From an uncultured Candidatus Bathyarchaeia archaeon (GTDB lineage: Archaea > Thermoproteota > Bathyarchaeia > EX4484-135): 56,370 nt of DNA. Positions 1 to 9,000 of the stretch are shown piece by piece (the first letter of the stretch is position 1; the number at the start of each line of letters is the position of its first letter). The DNA is taken from positions 1 to 56,370 of the forward strand of contig CAZWYW010000002.1 of the NCBI GenBank assembly GCA_964638535.1, given 5' to 3'. The position numbers and the translations under genes were made by a program. Below the pieces are notes generated by a model. It did no database searches. It saw only the letters and a program-made list of their open reading frames with translations, and had not been told where the DNA came from.

Positions 1-203
1 CCCCAATAAAGCCTGCACTCCTTCCCGGCCCTTATGGTGCCGTAGACCTCGCCTACCGTGCCCTTCACCATGAGCTTGTAGAGGCTCATGAGGGTAAGCT
101 TGTCGAAGACTTCCTCGAGCGTCTCGTAGTCCTCGCTGCGCTTGAACTTCATGCGCTGGCTTATCTCATAAAGCATTTCCTCTCTCGATACCTTCTTGGC
201 CAC
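1..203 (-). CDS. rio1: RIO-type serine/threonine protein kinase (Rio1-like), N-terminal part; the gene runs off the left edge
   Basis: Absent from the ORF track because the window edge truncates it. Manual minus-strand translation from GTG at 203 gives MAKKVSREEMLYEISQRMKFKRSEDYETLEEVFDKLTLMSLYKLMVKGTVGEVYGTIRAGKECRLYWG. This fits the RIO N-terminal helix followed by the xTGKEA-type glycine loop. It lies directly downstream of aIF-1A, a common archaeal pairing. Confidence 0.6.
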   Translation of the reverse strand, partial: MAKKVSREEMLYEISQRMKFKRSEDYETLEEVFDKLTLMSLYKLMVKGTVGEVYGTIRAGKECRLYW

Positions 204-251
204 CCTCCGCGACAAGATGCCTCACCACGCCCGGCCCATCGCGGCCCGCGC

Positions 252-557
252 CTAGATGGTCAGCTTGCCCTCGCGCCTCAGCCACTCGGCCTGGTTCTTC
301 GTGTAGCGCCAGATGATATCGCCCCTCTTGTCGCGTTGGAAGTCCCAGGGCGAGACGAGCACTACATCGCCGGGCTTTATCCAGATGCGCCTTTTCAGCT
401 TCCCCCTGATGCGGCAGAGGCGCTCGTAACCGTCTTGGCACTTCACCAAGGCCCTGTCGTAGCCGAGCAGCTTGACTACCACGCCGTAGACGTCCCCTGG
501 GCCGGGCTCCATCATGTTCTCGAGTTCTTCCTCGCTTATTATCTTCCGCTTCCCCAT
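252..557 (-). CDS. eif1a: translation initiation factor aIF-1A
   Basis: The internal ATG at 557 of ORF 252..716 gives MGKRKIISEEELENMMEPGPGDVYGVVVKLLGYDRALVKCQDGYERLCRIRGKLKRRIWIKPGDVVLVSPWDF..., a typical S1/OB-fold aIF-1A of 101 aa. The upstream 53 codons of the ORF run across the tRNA gene and are spurious. Confidence 0.9.
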   Translation of the reverse strand: MGKRKIISEEELENMMEPGPGDVYGVVVKLLGYDRALVKCQDGYERLCRIRGKLKRRIWIKPGDVVLVSPWDFQRDKRGDIIWRYTKNQAEWLRREGKLTI

Positions 558-664
558 AGCGGCCCCTAGAGGCCAACGAGGGCTAATAAGTATTGCGTCG
601 GCCGCCTGCCTAGTCCCACGTTCCCTTGAGAGACGATAGCGCTCAGAGGGCTCGGGCCTGGGTC

Positions 665-742
665 TGGCGCCCCGGCCGGGATTTGAACCCGGGTCGCGCG
701 GGCGACAGCCGCGCATTCTAGACCGGGCTGAACTACCGGGGC
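665..742 (-). tRNA. tRNA-Asp (anticodon GUC), 3' CCA encoded
   Basis: The reverse complement folds as a cloverleaf: GCCCCGG-TA-GTTC-AGCCCGGTCTA-GAAT-G-CGCGG-CTGTCGC-CCGCG-CGAC-CCGGG-TTCAAAT-CCCGG-CCGGGGC-G-CCA. It has a 7-bp acceptor stem, a GTTCAAATC T-loop and anticodon GTC. Confidence 0.9.
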
Positions 743-771
743 AAGCGCCAGCTTAGTGGGCTCTTAGGGCA

Positions 772-779
772 TCATATAA
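772..779 (-). promoter_or_regulatory. TATA box for tRNA-Asp
   Basis: The minus strand reads CTTTATATGA about 30 nt upstream of the tRNA 5' end at 742. Confidence 0.4.
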
Positions 780-827
780 AGGTTTTCACGAGGCATTAAC
801 AGGCTGGGGGTCTAGCAGATTAGGACC

Positions 828-858
828 TAATTAAATAAATCTTCCGGCCTCAGGCCGG
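828..858 (-). terminator. putative thermosome terminator (hairpin plus U-rich tract)
   Basis: Hairpin CCGGCC-TCA-GGCCGG (844-858) lies just after the thermosome stop codon. On the minus strand it is followed by AAGATTTATTTAATT. Confidence 0.4.
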
Positions 859-871
859 GGTGTGGGGCGCT

Positions 872-2518
872 CTAGAACTCGGTGCCGCCTCCCTTCTCTT
901 CCTCGCCCTTCTCCTCTTCCTCCTTCATCTTGCCGGCCGCTATCACGTCGTCAATGCGCAGTATCATGCAGGCGACCTCGGTGGCGGCCTTGACGGCCTG
1001 CTCCTTCACCTTCACCGGCTCTACCACGCCTAGCTCGAACATGTCCTTGACGGCCTTCTTCGGGTCAGCCTCGAACACATCCACGCCCCAGCCTATCTTG
1101 CCCTCGGAGTGCGCGTGCCTGAGGGCCACCATCACATCGATCGGGTCGAGGCCCGCGTTCTCGGCCAAGGTCTTAGGTATGACCTCGAGGGCGTCCGCGA
1201 AGGCCTCTATGGCCATCTGCTCGCGGCCCCCTATCTCGGTAGCGTAATCGCGTAAGCGCCTGGCCAGCTCGACCTCTATGGCGCCACCGCCGGCCACTAT
1301 CTTCGGGCAATCTACTATATCCGAGAGCACGCACAGCGCGTCATGGAGCGCCCTATCGGCCTCGTCCACCATGCGCTCCAGGCCGCCGCGTATGAGGATG
1401 GCCACGCTCTTCGGGTCCTTGCAACCCTCCACGAACACCATCTTGTCCTCGCCTATCTTCCGCTCCTCCACGAGCTCCGCGTAACCGAGGTCCTCGGGCT
1501 TCAGGTCGTCTAAGTTCGTGACTATACGGGCACCAGTGGCCCTGGCCAGCTTCTCCATATCGGACTTCTTCACGCGCCTGACGGCCAGTATACCTTCCTT
1601 GGCCAGGTAGTGCTGGGCCACATCATCTATACCCTTCTGGCAGAAAACCACATTGGCGCCAGCCTTCTTTATCTTCTCCACCATCTCCCTCAGTATCTTC
1701 ATCTCCTGGCCCAAGAAGGCCTTCATCTGCTCTGGCGCCCTGATGCGTATCTCGGCATCGAACTCCGTCTTCTCTATCTCGAGCGGGCAGTTCAGGAGCG
1801 TTATACGGGCGTTCTCCACGCGCTTGGGCATGCCTGGGTGCACGACCTCCTTGTCTATAATGATGCCCTTCACGAGCTGCGTGTCCAAAAGGCTCTTGCC
1901 CTCCTTCTTGATCACCTGCACCTGGTCCACGTCCGCCACGAGCTTATCGCCGCGCTTCTCGATTATCTGCCTAATGGCGTCTATGGCTATCTCGGCCAGG
2001 TGGTCCTTGGCGCCGCCCACGGCCTTGCTCGCCATGGAGGTCATCACGACCTTCTTCAGCGTGGCCCTGTCGTCTAAGTCCACGGGCTTGGCTATCTCGT
2101 GCAGGAGCTCTCTCGCCTTCTGAGCAGCCTTCCTGAAGCCGCTCACGATGATGGTCGGGTGAATGTTCTGGTCTAGCAGGTCCTCAGCGTGCTTGAGGAG
2201 TTCTCCAGCCAGCACGACGGCCGTGGTAGTGCCATCGCCTACCTCATCGTCCTGGGCCTTCGCGACTTCCACCATCATCTTGGCGGCGGGGTGCTCTACC
2301 TCTATCTCGTCCAGGATGGTGGCGCCGTCGTTCGTGATCGTGATATCGCCCAAGCTGTCTATGAGCATCTTGTCCATGCCCCTAGGGCCGAGCGTGCTGC
2401 GCAGTATCTCGGCTACTATACGGGCAGCCATGATGTTGTTCCTCTGAGCCTCACGCCCCCTCCTGCGGGTCGAGCCCTCCTTCAGTATAAGAACGGGCGT
2501 GCCAGCTAGGTACGCCAT
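872..2518 (-). CDS. ths: thermosome subunit (group II chaperonin)
   Basis: 548 aa. Motifs include [33 protein letters not shown] and a C-terminal Glu/Lys-rich tail, all characteristic of archaeal thermosome/CCT proteins. Confidence 0.95.
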   Translation of the reverse strand: MAYLAGTPVLILKEGSTRRRGREAQRNNIMAARIVAEILRSTLGPRGMDKMLIDSLGDITITNDGATILDEIEVEHPAAKMMVEVAKAQDDEVGDGTTTAVVLAGELLKHAEDLLDQNIHPTIIVSGFRKAAQKARELLHEIAKPVDLDDRATLKKVVMTSMASKAVGGAKDHLAEIAIDAIRQIIEKRGDKLVADVDQVQVIKKEGKSLLDTQLVKGIIIDKEVVHPGMPKRVENARITLLNCPLEIEKTEFDAEIRIRAPEQMKAFLGQEMKILREMVEKIKKAGANVVFCQKGIDDVAQHYLAKEGILAVRRVKKSDMEKLARATGARIVTNLDDLKPEDLGYAELVEERKIGEDKMVFVEGCKDPKSVAILIRGGLERMVDEADRALHDALCVLSDIVDCPKIVAGGGAIEVELARRLRDYATEIGGREQMAIEAFADALEVIPKTLAENAGLDPIDVMVALRHAHSEGKIGWGVDVFEADPKKAVKDMFELGVVEPVKVKEQAVKAATEVACMILRIDDVIAAGKMKEEEEKGEEEKGGGTEF

Positions 2519-2593
2519 CCCCTTGCCCCTCCGTCCCCGTGGCGTGAGGGTCCTTAATAATAAACTTTTCCCATGCGGCGATGGGGCCGTTGG

Positions 2594-3874
2594 TCAGAGG
2601 GCTACTACCTCGAGACCTAGCCTTCGCCCGAGCCTAGACAGCTCCTCATATATGTCTGCATAGCAGATCACGTGGTGATTGCTGGTCTCGGCCAAGAACG
2701 CTTCTAGATCTCCCTTCAGCTTGATTAAGGCCTGTGTCCTGCAGAGCCTCTCGTCCCCAAGGCCAGAATCGCGAACCTCCCCCCTGGCCAACACGAGCTT
2801 GCGCCTCCCGAGCTGGAGGTTGGCTAGGATGATCGGCCCGCGCCTGAGCCATATATCGAGCGCGGCTGGCTTGCCAGTCTCGAAGTGTTCTAATAAGACG
2901 CCCCGGTAAGGCCAGCTGGCCGCGAGAGATGGGCAGGCCGTGCAGTGGGCAAGCGTCAGCGTGTTAGAGGCGCGGTCAAACCTGGCCAAGTTGGCCATCC
3001 AGGGTGGCTCGCCCGATAGGACGTGGCAGGCGGCCATGAGCACTAACGCCGCCGGGTCGGCCTCGCAGACAGCCGTTATACCGCGCTCCAATAGCAGCCC
3101 CACGGCCACACAGGGCGTTACACCGAACTCCTCCATCACGCGAAAGCAATCAAAGGTGATTATAGCTCTACCAGCCGTTTCCTCGGCTTCACGTTGGAGG
3201 AGTTCTGCGAGTTGGACGCCCCTGACGATCCCCTCCTCCAGCTCCTGGGTGGCGTGCTCGACCTCTATGCCCTTGAGAGCAGACACCGCTTCCCCCAACG
3301 ACATCTGCCCGCGCTCGGCTTCCAGGCACCCTGCTAGCCTACGGGGGTCTAGGCGCTTCAGGCGCGGCTTCCAAGGGCCAAGAGCGGAGAGGGCGCCGTC
3401 AAGCTCGGCTGCCACGTTCTCATCACAAATGGCGAGGACCTCTGCCCCGCCGAACTCCTTCAAGGCCTTTATAGCCCTGAGCTCGGCTCTTATCTCATAA
3501 GGAACGGCTTTTGGGCTTGAGAACGCTATCTCAGCCTTCCAGTCACCCGCCGCCTTCAACTTCTCCCTGGCGCTCAGCGCAGAAGGCAGACTGTTATCCC
3601 CAGGATGTGCCCAGAGGATGGCTTCAACGCCCGCCAGAGCCCTCCTCAGGAGCCTAGAGGTCCCGCCGCTGGCCACGAAGATGATGCGCAGATCGGCTCG
3701 GGTAGATATAGCCTCCGAGAGCCCCTCAGGCTCGAGTATCGGCTCTGGGGCGCCTAAGAGCTCTGCTCCCTCCTGGCTAAGAGCGGAGAAGGCCTTAGAA
3801 GCAGTTTCCCTCGCCCTCTCGATGTGGAGGGGCGAGGCGGCTGCTGCGAACACCACGGAGAGCTTGACGGACAT
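2594..3874 (-). CDS. L-fucose/arabinose isomerase-like family protein (function uncertain)
   Basis: The C-terminal half (CEADPAALVLMAACHVL..., GPIILANLQ..., NHHVICYADIYEELSRLGRRLGLEVV) resembles FucI-like sugar isomerases. The start is set at ATG 3874 (MSVKLSVVF), about 25-30 nt downstream of a minus-strand TATA (GGTTAATAGCC). Confidence 0.45.
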   Translation of the reverse strand: MSVKLSVVFAAAASPLHIERARETASKAFSALSQEGAELLGAPEPILEPEGLSEAISTRADLRIIFVASGGTSRLLRRALAGVEAILWAHPGDNSLPSALSAREKLKAAGDWKAEIAFSSPKAVPYEIRAELRAIKALKEFGGAEVLAICDENVAAELDGALSALGPWKPRLKRLDPRRLAGCLEAERGQMSLGEAVSALKGIEVEHATQELEEGIVRGVQLAELLQREAEETAGRAIITFDCFRVMEEFGVTPCVAVGLLLERGITAVCEADPAALVLMAACHVLSGEPPWMANLARFDRASNTLTLAHCTACPSLAASWPYRGVLLEHFETGKPAALDIWLRRGPIILANLQLGRRKLVLARGEVRDSGLGDERLCRTQALIKLKGDLEAFLAETSNHHVICYADIYEELSRLGRRLGLEVVAL

Positions 3875-3962
3875 CCTGTGCGGTGGTGACACGCCCCGGC
3901 TATTAACCGTAATCTTTTTTCTCACTTGCCTTCAAGGGCGGCAGGGTGATGGCTTGCCGAGT

Positions 3963-4739
3963 GTGGCGGTATGCGTGAAGCAGATACCGGACGTGGAACA
4001 GGTCAAGTCGGACAGGGAGACCGGCCGCCTCATTACCGAGGGCGTGCCCAGGAGGACAAACGACCTGGATAAGAACGCGATAGAAGCAGCTGTCAAGATA
4101 AAAGAGGCCCTCGGCTGGAAGGCCTTTGCTGTCTCTGTCGGGCCGGAGGAAGCCAAGATGGCCTTGAGGGAGGCCTTAGCCATGGGCGTCGACGAGGCTT
4201 ACCTGGCCTGCGATGAGGCTTTCCAGGGCCTAGACACGCTCGGCACGGCCACCGTTTTGGCCAAGACCATAGAGGCCGCCGGCGGCGCCGACCTCATCAT
4301 CTGCGGCGAGGTCAGCTTAGATAGCTTCTCGGGCCAGGTCGGGCCTAAGCTCGCTGAGCTCCTCGGCCTGCCCTGCGTGACGTGCGTCAGGAAGCTAGAG
4401 GTCCGGGAGGGCAAGGTGGTGGCCGAGAGGGCGCTCGAGGACCGCTACGAGGAAGTGGCCGTCCCCCTGCCGGCCGTGGTTACGGTGACAAGGGAGGTCA
4501 ACACGCCCCGTATCCCGAGCCTCATGGCCATCATGAAGGCCGCGAAGAAGCCCATAAAGGCCCTGAAAGCTGACGACCTAGGCCTCTCGTTAGAGGAGTT
4601 GAACGCTATGAAGTCCTACGGCCTCCTGGAGGTCGTCCTGCCCACCGTGGAGCGTAAGACGGTTCAGATAACCGGTGATACACCTGAGGAGATAGCCGAG
4701 AAATTATTGAAGGCCCTCGAGGCTGAGGGGGTGTTGTGA
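3963..4739 (+). CDS. etfB: electron transfer flavoprotein, beta subunit
   Basis: The C-terminal 258 codons of ORF 3618..4739 begin (M)AVCVKQIPDVEQVKSD..., the typical EtfB/FixA N-terminus. The start is GTG 3963, preceded by GGTGAT. The upstream part of the ORF is antisense to the neighbouring gene and spurious. Confidence 0.85.
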   Translation: MAVCVKQIPDVEQVKSDRETGRLITEGVPRRTNDLDKNAIEAAVKIKEALGWKAFAVSVGPEEAKMALREALAMGVDEAYLACDEAFQGLDTLGTATVLAKTIEAAGGADLIICGEVSLDSFSGQVGPKLAELLGLPCVTCVRKLEVREGKVVAERALEDRYEEVAVPLPAVVTVTREVNTPRIPSLMAIMKAAKKPIKALKADDLGLSLEELNAMKSYGLLEVVLPTVERKTVQITGDTPEEIAEKLLKALEAEGVL

Positions 4740-5710
4740 GCATGACCGGGCCGATTTTGGCTTGGTCAGAGAGGACGGAGCTGCTAACCGAGCTGCTGGG
4801 CGGTGGCTCCGAGCTGGCTAAGGCCCTGGGGGCGAGGCTGGAGGCCTTAGTGCTGGCCGGTGGGCCAGAGGGCGCTAAGATAGCTGAGGAACTAGCTAAG
4901 TGGGCTGATGAAGTTCTGTTGGTGGAGGACCCGAGGTTCTCCGTCTTGGACTCGTCCGTATATGCCTCAGTGCTCGCGGAGGTAGCCAGCTCGCGCGGGG
5001 CCAGCGTGGTGCTCGTGGGTTCCACGCTCTTCGGGCGTGAAGTCGCGGCTAGGTTAAGCGCTAAGTTAAGGGTGCCCTGTTTCACGGGCTGCACGTCCGC
5101 TAAAGTCGAAGGTGGGCGCCTCTTAGTCGAGAGGACGGCCTTCGCTGGTAGGGCCGTGGCTAGGCAGGCTTGGGACGTGGCCGAGAAGCCGTGCGTATTA
5201 GCCGTGGCCCCAAAGACCTTTAAGAAACCTGTGGAAGAGCGTGGCGGCAGCATGAGCAAGCTGGCCGTAACCGTCCCGGAGCCCAAGCTGGAGGTCATTT
5301 CCGTGAAGGAGAAGGAAATCGCTGGCGTGGCGGTAGAAGAAGCGGAAGTCATAGTGTCGGGTGGCCGCGGCATAGAGAAGCGCGAGGACTTTGGCATGTT
5401 AGAAGAGCTCGCCAAGCTCTTGGGCGGCGCCGTGGGCTGCTCAAGACCTATAGCCGAGGACAGGGGTTGGTTCCCCTTCTGGATAGGCCTCTCAGGCAAG
5501 AAGGTGAAGCCGAAGCTCTACGTGGCCGTGGGCATCTCGGGCGCTATCCAGCACGTGGCTGGCATGAGGGATTCGCGCGTGGTGGTGGCCATCAATAAGG
5601 CCGAGGACGCGCCTATCTTCGCCGTCTCAGATTACTACGTGGTAGGCGACCTCTACGAGATCGTCCCGGCCTTGATAGAGGCCCTTAAGCGCCGTAAGGG
5701 CGGGGCCTGA
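4736..5710 (+). CDS. etfA: electron transfer flavoprotein, alpha subunit
   Basis: The C-terminal FAD-binding region is [39 protein letters not shown]...[27 protein letters not shown]. The GTG start overlaps the etfB stop (GTGA). Confidence 0.85.
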   Translation: MSMTGPILAWSERTELLTELLGGGSELAKALGARLEALVLAGGPEGAKIAEELAKWADEVLLVEDPRFSVLDSSVYASVLAEVASSRGASVVLVGSTLFGREVAARLSAKLRVPCFTGCTSAKVEGGRLLVERTAFAGRAVARQAWDVAEKPCVLAVAPKTFKKPVEERGGSMSKLAVTVPEPKLEVISVKEKEIAGVAVEEAEVIVSGGRGIEKREDFGMLEELAKLLGGAVGCSRPIAEDRGWFPFWIGLSGKKVKPKLYVAVGISGAIQHVAGMRDSRVVVAINKAEDAPIFAVSDYYVVGDLYEIVPALIEALKRRKGGA

Positions 5711-5764
5711 GCGGGTAAACTTAAGGTCCTAAATGGAATTTATTACGGCAATAACCCATGTATC

Positions 5765-7027
5765 TCAGGTGAGCTCGCCTAAGAGGTAGTAAGGGCTAGC
5801 GTCCTTGACTTCTAGTTCCACGAACTCGCCCACCAGCTGCTCGGGCCCTTGGAAGTAAACGGGCCTGTAACTGCGCGTTCTGGCCTCGAGCTGGCCTGGC
5901 CTGTGGCCGTGCCCCACCACGAGACACTTAAGGCGTTTCCCCACGAAGGCCCTGTTGTTCTCAAGGCCTATCTCGATCGCGAGAGCGCTCACCAAGCGCG
6001 AGCGATGCTTCTTCACGGGCTCAGGTACCTGTCCCGGCATGGCAGCTGCCCTCGTGTGGGGCCTGGGCGTATAGCGGGCCACATGGACCTTATCGGGCCT
6101 CACGCGCCTCAAGAGGGCTAAGGTGCGCTCGAAGGCCTCCTCGTCCTCGCCCGGCAGGCCCACCATGATGTCCGTGGCGAGGGCCAGGTCGGGGAAACGG
6201 CGCCTGAAGGCTTCCACGACGGTCAGGAAGTCCTGGACCGTGTAATCGCGCCCCATGGCCTTCAGGAGCTTGTCATCGCCTGTCTGGACGGGCAGGTGGA
6301 GGAACTTGTAGATCTTCGGGTCTTCATAAGCGTCCAATAGCTCGTCTAAGATGCGGAGGGCCGCGTTGGGGTTCATCATGCCCACGCGCACCATGAAGCG
6401 CCCTTCCACCGCGCACACGGCCTCGAGGAGCTCCGGCAGGCTGGTGCCTATATCGCGCCCGTAAACACCCGTGTCCTGGGCCGTCAAGCGTATTTCACGG
6501 GCGCCCCGCTTCACGGCTTCCCTCACGGCCCTGACGATAGCCTCTGACCGGTAGGAGCGCAGAGGGCCCCTGGCCACGCGGACTATGCAGTAAGCGCAGG
6601 AGCCCAGGCAGCCCTCGGCTATTGGGATGGTGATCTTCACACCGTCCAACAGCCTCGGGAGGCGCTCCCTGGGACGCGGCTCAAGCACATAGACGGGTCC
6701 ATCGGCCTCCACCACCTCCCTCACGGCCTCAACTGCCCAGGCGGCTAACAGGCTGGCCTCGGGTGCTAGCTTATAGACCAGGCCCGGCTGGGCCGAGGCA
6801 AGGCAGCCAGCCACCACCAAGCGCTTCCCATATGCCCTGAGCTCCTCCAGGCGCTTCAACATGCGCCTCTCCGTGTCGGCCCTGACGGTGCAGGTGTTCA
6901 GGATTATGACATCGGCTTCCTCAGGCCGGTCAACTATGGTGTGGCCTGCCTCGGCCAACAGCTCTGCCATTAGGCGCCCGTCGGCCAAGTTCATGGCGCA
7001 GCCGTAGCTCTCCACGTACACCCTCAT
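5765..7027 (-). CDS. MiaB/MtaB-like radical SAM tRNA methylthiotransferase (archaeal CDKAL1-type)
   Basis: It has the N-terminal UPF0004 Cys pattern (YGCAMN...NTCTV...GCL), the radical SAM motif CLGSCAYC, and a C-terminal TRAM-like domain. Confidence 0.85.
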   Translation of the reverse strand: MRVYVESYGCAMNLADGRLMAELLAEAGHTIVDRPEEADVIILNTCTVRADTERRMLKRLEELRAYGKRLVVAGCLASAQPGLVYKLAPEASLLAAWAVEAVREVVEADGPVYVLEPRPRERLPRLLDGVKITIPIAEGCLGSCAYCIVRVARGPLRSYRSEAIVRAVREAVKRGAREIRLTAQDTGVYGRDIGTSLPELLEAVCAVEGRFMVRVGMMNPNAALRILDELLDAYEDPKIYKFLHLPVQTGDDKLLKAMGRDYTVQDFLTVVEAFRRRFPDLALATDIMVGLPGEDEEAFERTLALLRRVRPDKVHVARYTPRPHTRAAAMPGQVPEPVKKHRSRLVSALAIEIGLENNRAFVGKRLKCLVVGHGHRPGQLEARTRSYRPVYFQGPEQLVGEFVELEVKDASPYYLLGELT

Positions 7028-7115
7028 CTCGGTATCCCGCGCCTGTCCCAGATTTAAGCGTGTTTAAGTGCGTTAAGCATAGCACCTGACCTCCTTGGGT
7101 TCCCGCCCAGTGGCG

Positions 7116-7892
7116 CTAGCCCTTAGGCTCTATCACGAACTCACAGCAATCATCTCCCTTGGCCACGCACAGCCTCTCCAACACTATGAACTCCTTGCCG
7201 TAGGCCAGGTTAAACACGCCGGCTAGCGCTCCCCGCACTAGGTGGCTCATGGGCTTATCCATTTTGCCCACGAAACTAATGCACTCGAAGTTCCTGAAGA
7301 GCCTCACCACGAACTCTAACTTCCTCTCATCGTACTTCACGATCTTGTAAGTGAAGTAGCCGAGGGCGACGTTCATGGCTAGGAAGGTCTCCACCAGCCT
7401 CTGGCCCTTCATACCGTAAACCTCCTTCAGCATCTCAGCTAACTTCTTGGCGGCCTGCTCCCCGATGCTGAACAAGATGGCGTGTCCGCCTGTGCCGAAG
7501 ATCCTGTCTAGCCAGCCGAAGAGGCTGGCGATAGAGGTAGCCATGTAGGCCCGGGCATCCGAGACGAGACCCCTGGCTCCCTTCATGACCTCTTTTACCT
7601 CCGAGACGCCGCTCAGGGCCTTTAACTCCTCGATCACCTGCTCGGCGGTGAGGCCAGAGCCAGCAATATCTAGGAGCAAGAACATCTCGGCTTCTCCTTT
7701 CTCCGGCCTAGTTATCGTGGTGCCGGAGAGGACGCTAATGCCGCGCTCGCTTATCCTAGCTGCCAGCTCAGTTAATCCTCCCGGGTAGCTCACGGTCGCG
7801 ATGACGCCTAGTATCTCCTCGCCCAGGGGGAGGGAAGCGTGGGCCAGGATAAACTTAGATGGCGCCTCCGCTTCAGCCACCCCCCGCGCCAA
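7116..7892 (-). CDS. V4R domain-containing protein (putative ligand-binding regulator)
   Basis: The C-terminal half shows the V4R-like pattern (...HLVRGALAGVFNLAYGKEFIVLERLCVAKGDDCCEFVIE). The start codon is TTG, and the N-terminal region is uncharacterised. Confidence 0.55.
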   Translation of the reverse strand: MARGVAEAEAPSKFILAHASLPLGEEILGVIATVSYPGGLTELAARISERGISVLSGTTITRPEKGEAEMFLLLDIAGSGLTAEQVIEELKALSGVSEVKEVMKGARGLVSDARAYMATSIASLFGWLDRIFGTGGHAILFSIGEQAAKKLAEMLKEVYGMKGQRLVETFLAMNVALGYFTYKIVKYDERKLEFVVRLFRNFECISFVGKMDKPMSHLVRGALAGVFNLAYGKEFIVLERLCVAKGDDCCEFVIEPKG

Positions 7893-8171
7893 GCGTAGAT
7901 GGCCCTGCCTAGATTAACGTTGCCCCCGCGTACGTGCCGAGCTTATCTAGCCCACATATCCGTATGTCGCCCCTCCCGGGCCGATTATGTGACCGCACAC
8001 ATGCTCCTTTAGAGCCAGCGCGCGATGGCCTCATGGGCTTATAAATAAACTAGGTAGCCCGGGATATCATGCTCTGAGGGCACGTGAATTAACCGCTGTT
8101 TTTCCCTTACCTTAACCCTAACACGGCGGGTTCAAGAGGTACGAGGGGGCCTGGTAGCCGGTGTCGCGGGC

Positions 8172-8381
8172 GTGAAGCTCATCACGCTTTACCTGCCGGA
8201 GAGCTACCTGCGGGCCCTCGACGAGCTGGTGGAGAAACGCTATTACCCCAGCCGGGCGGAAGCCATCCGCGTGGCGATAAGGGATCTGCTGAATAGGGAG
8301 TTCTGGGGCAGGCACGGGAGCGGAGAGGGCAGGGAGGTCAGCGGAAGCCGGCGTGAGCCCATTTCTTCAAGAAGAACCTGA
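8172..8381 (+). CDS. ribbon-helix-helix (CopG family) DNA-binding protein
   Basis: MKLITLYLPESYLRALDELVEKRYYPSRAEAIRVAIRDLL matches the beta strand plus two helices of an RHH fold. The start is GTG. The last ~15 codons overlap the convergent PHP gene. Confidence 0.7.
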   Translation: MKLITLYLPESYLRALDELVEKRYYPSRAEAIRVAIRDLLNREFWGRHGSGEGREVSGSRREPISSRRT

Positions 8382-9000
8382 TTTTAGAACGCCTGCCACG
8401 TGGCTCGGTGCGCCCCTCCCTTATGGCCTCTAGCACGTCATTTATGTCTGGATCAGCCTCTACCAACGTATACGCGGTCCCTATGGCCTCCGGCACGTGC
8501 GCGTCGCTCCCGCCCGTCATGGGTTTCCCCAACGCCCTGGCCAACTTCTCGGCCATCTTACGTGAGAACTCGAAGAGCAGGTTATGGGCATTAATGACCT
8601 CTATCGCGTCCAACCGCCTCAGCGCCTCATGGCTCCATTTCTTCGGAGCCAGGATGTCATAAGGATGCGCCAGGATGGCGAGGCCCCCAGCGTCTTCTAC
8701 GGCCTCGACCACCTCCAACAATTCTGAGCTAGCCCTGATGGGCTCTGAGGGACAGAGGGCCAAGACGTGCCCTCCCCTCGTCTCGAGTTCCATGCCCGGC
8801 AAGACTAGGATACCGTAGCGCTCGGCTAAGCGCCGTGCCCTCAGGCCGCCAGCTAACGTATCATGGTCCGTGATAGCTAGGCCGTGGAGGCCAGCTTTCT
8901 TAGCCCACAAAATAGCTTCCTCTGGCCTCGTGATAGCGTCACCGGAAAAAACAGTGTGGACGTGCAGGTCCAGCTTGAGGAAGGAGCTTCTAGCGTTCAA
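8338..9000 (-). CDS. PHP-domain metal-dependent phosphoesterase
   Basis: LDLHVHTVFSGDA, AITDHDT, ILAHP and GGSDAH form the PHP histidine/aspartate motif set. The TTG start overlaps the metG stop (TTGA). Confidence 0.8.
   Translation of the reverse strand: MNARSSFLKLDLHVHTVFSGDAITRPEEAILWAKKAGLHGLAITDHDTLAGGLRARRLAERYGILVLPGMELETRGGHVLALCPSEPIRASSELLEVVEAVEDAGGLAILAHPYDILAPKKWSHEALRRLDAIEVINAHNLLFEFSRKMAEKLARALGKPMTGGSDAHVPEAIGTAYTLVEADPDINDVLEAIREGRTEPRGRRSKIRFFLKKWAHAGFR

Noticed and set aside
166-576. 136-aa minus-strand ORF overlapping aIF-1A and the start of the Rio gene
   Set aside because: It is Arg/Gly/Pro-rich and out of frame with two well-supported genes. This is the typical spurious ORF of GC-rich DNA.
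3618-3962. N-terminal 115 codons of ORF 3618..4739
   Set aside because: They are antisense to the FucI-like gene. The EtfB homology starts at (M)AVCVKQIPD from GTG 3963, which has a GGTGAT upstream.
4606-5499. 297-aa ORF antisense to etfA. Similar long antisense or out-of-frame ORFs occur at 11011..11739, 35944..36591, 40203..40763, 45404..46069 and 882..2509.
   Set aside because: All lie inside strongly supported genes and have Ser/Pro/Arg/Ala-dominated low-complexity composition. They lack the third-position bias of the real genes.
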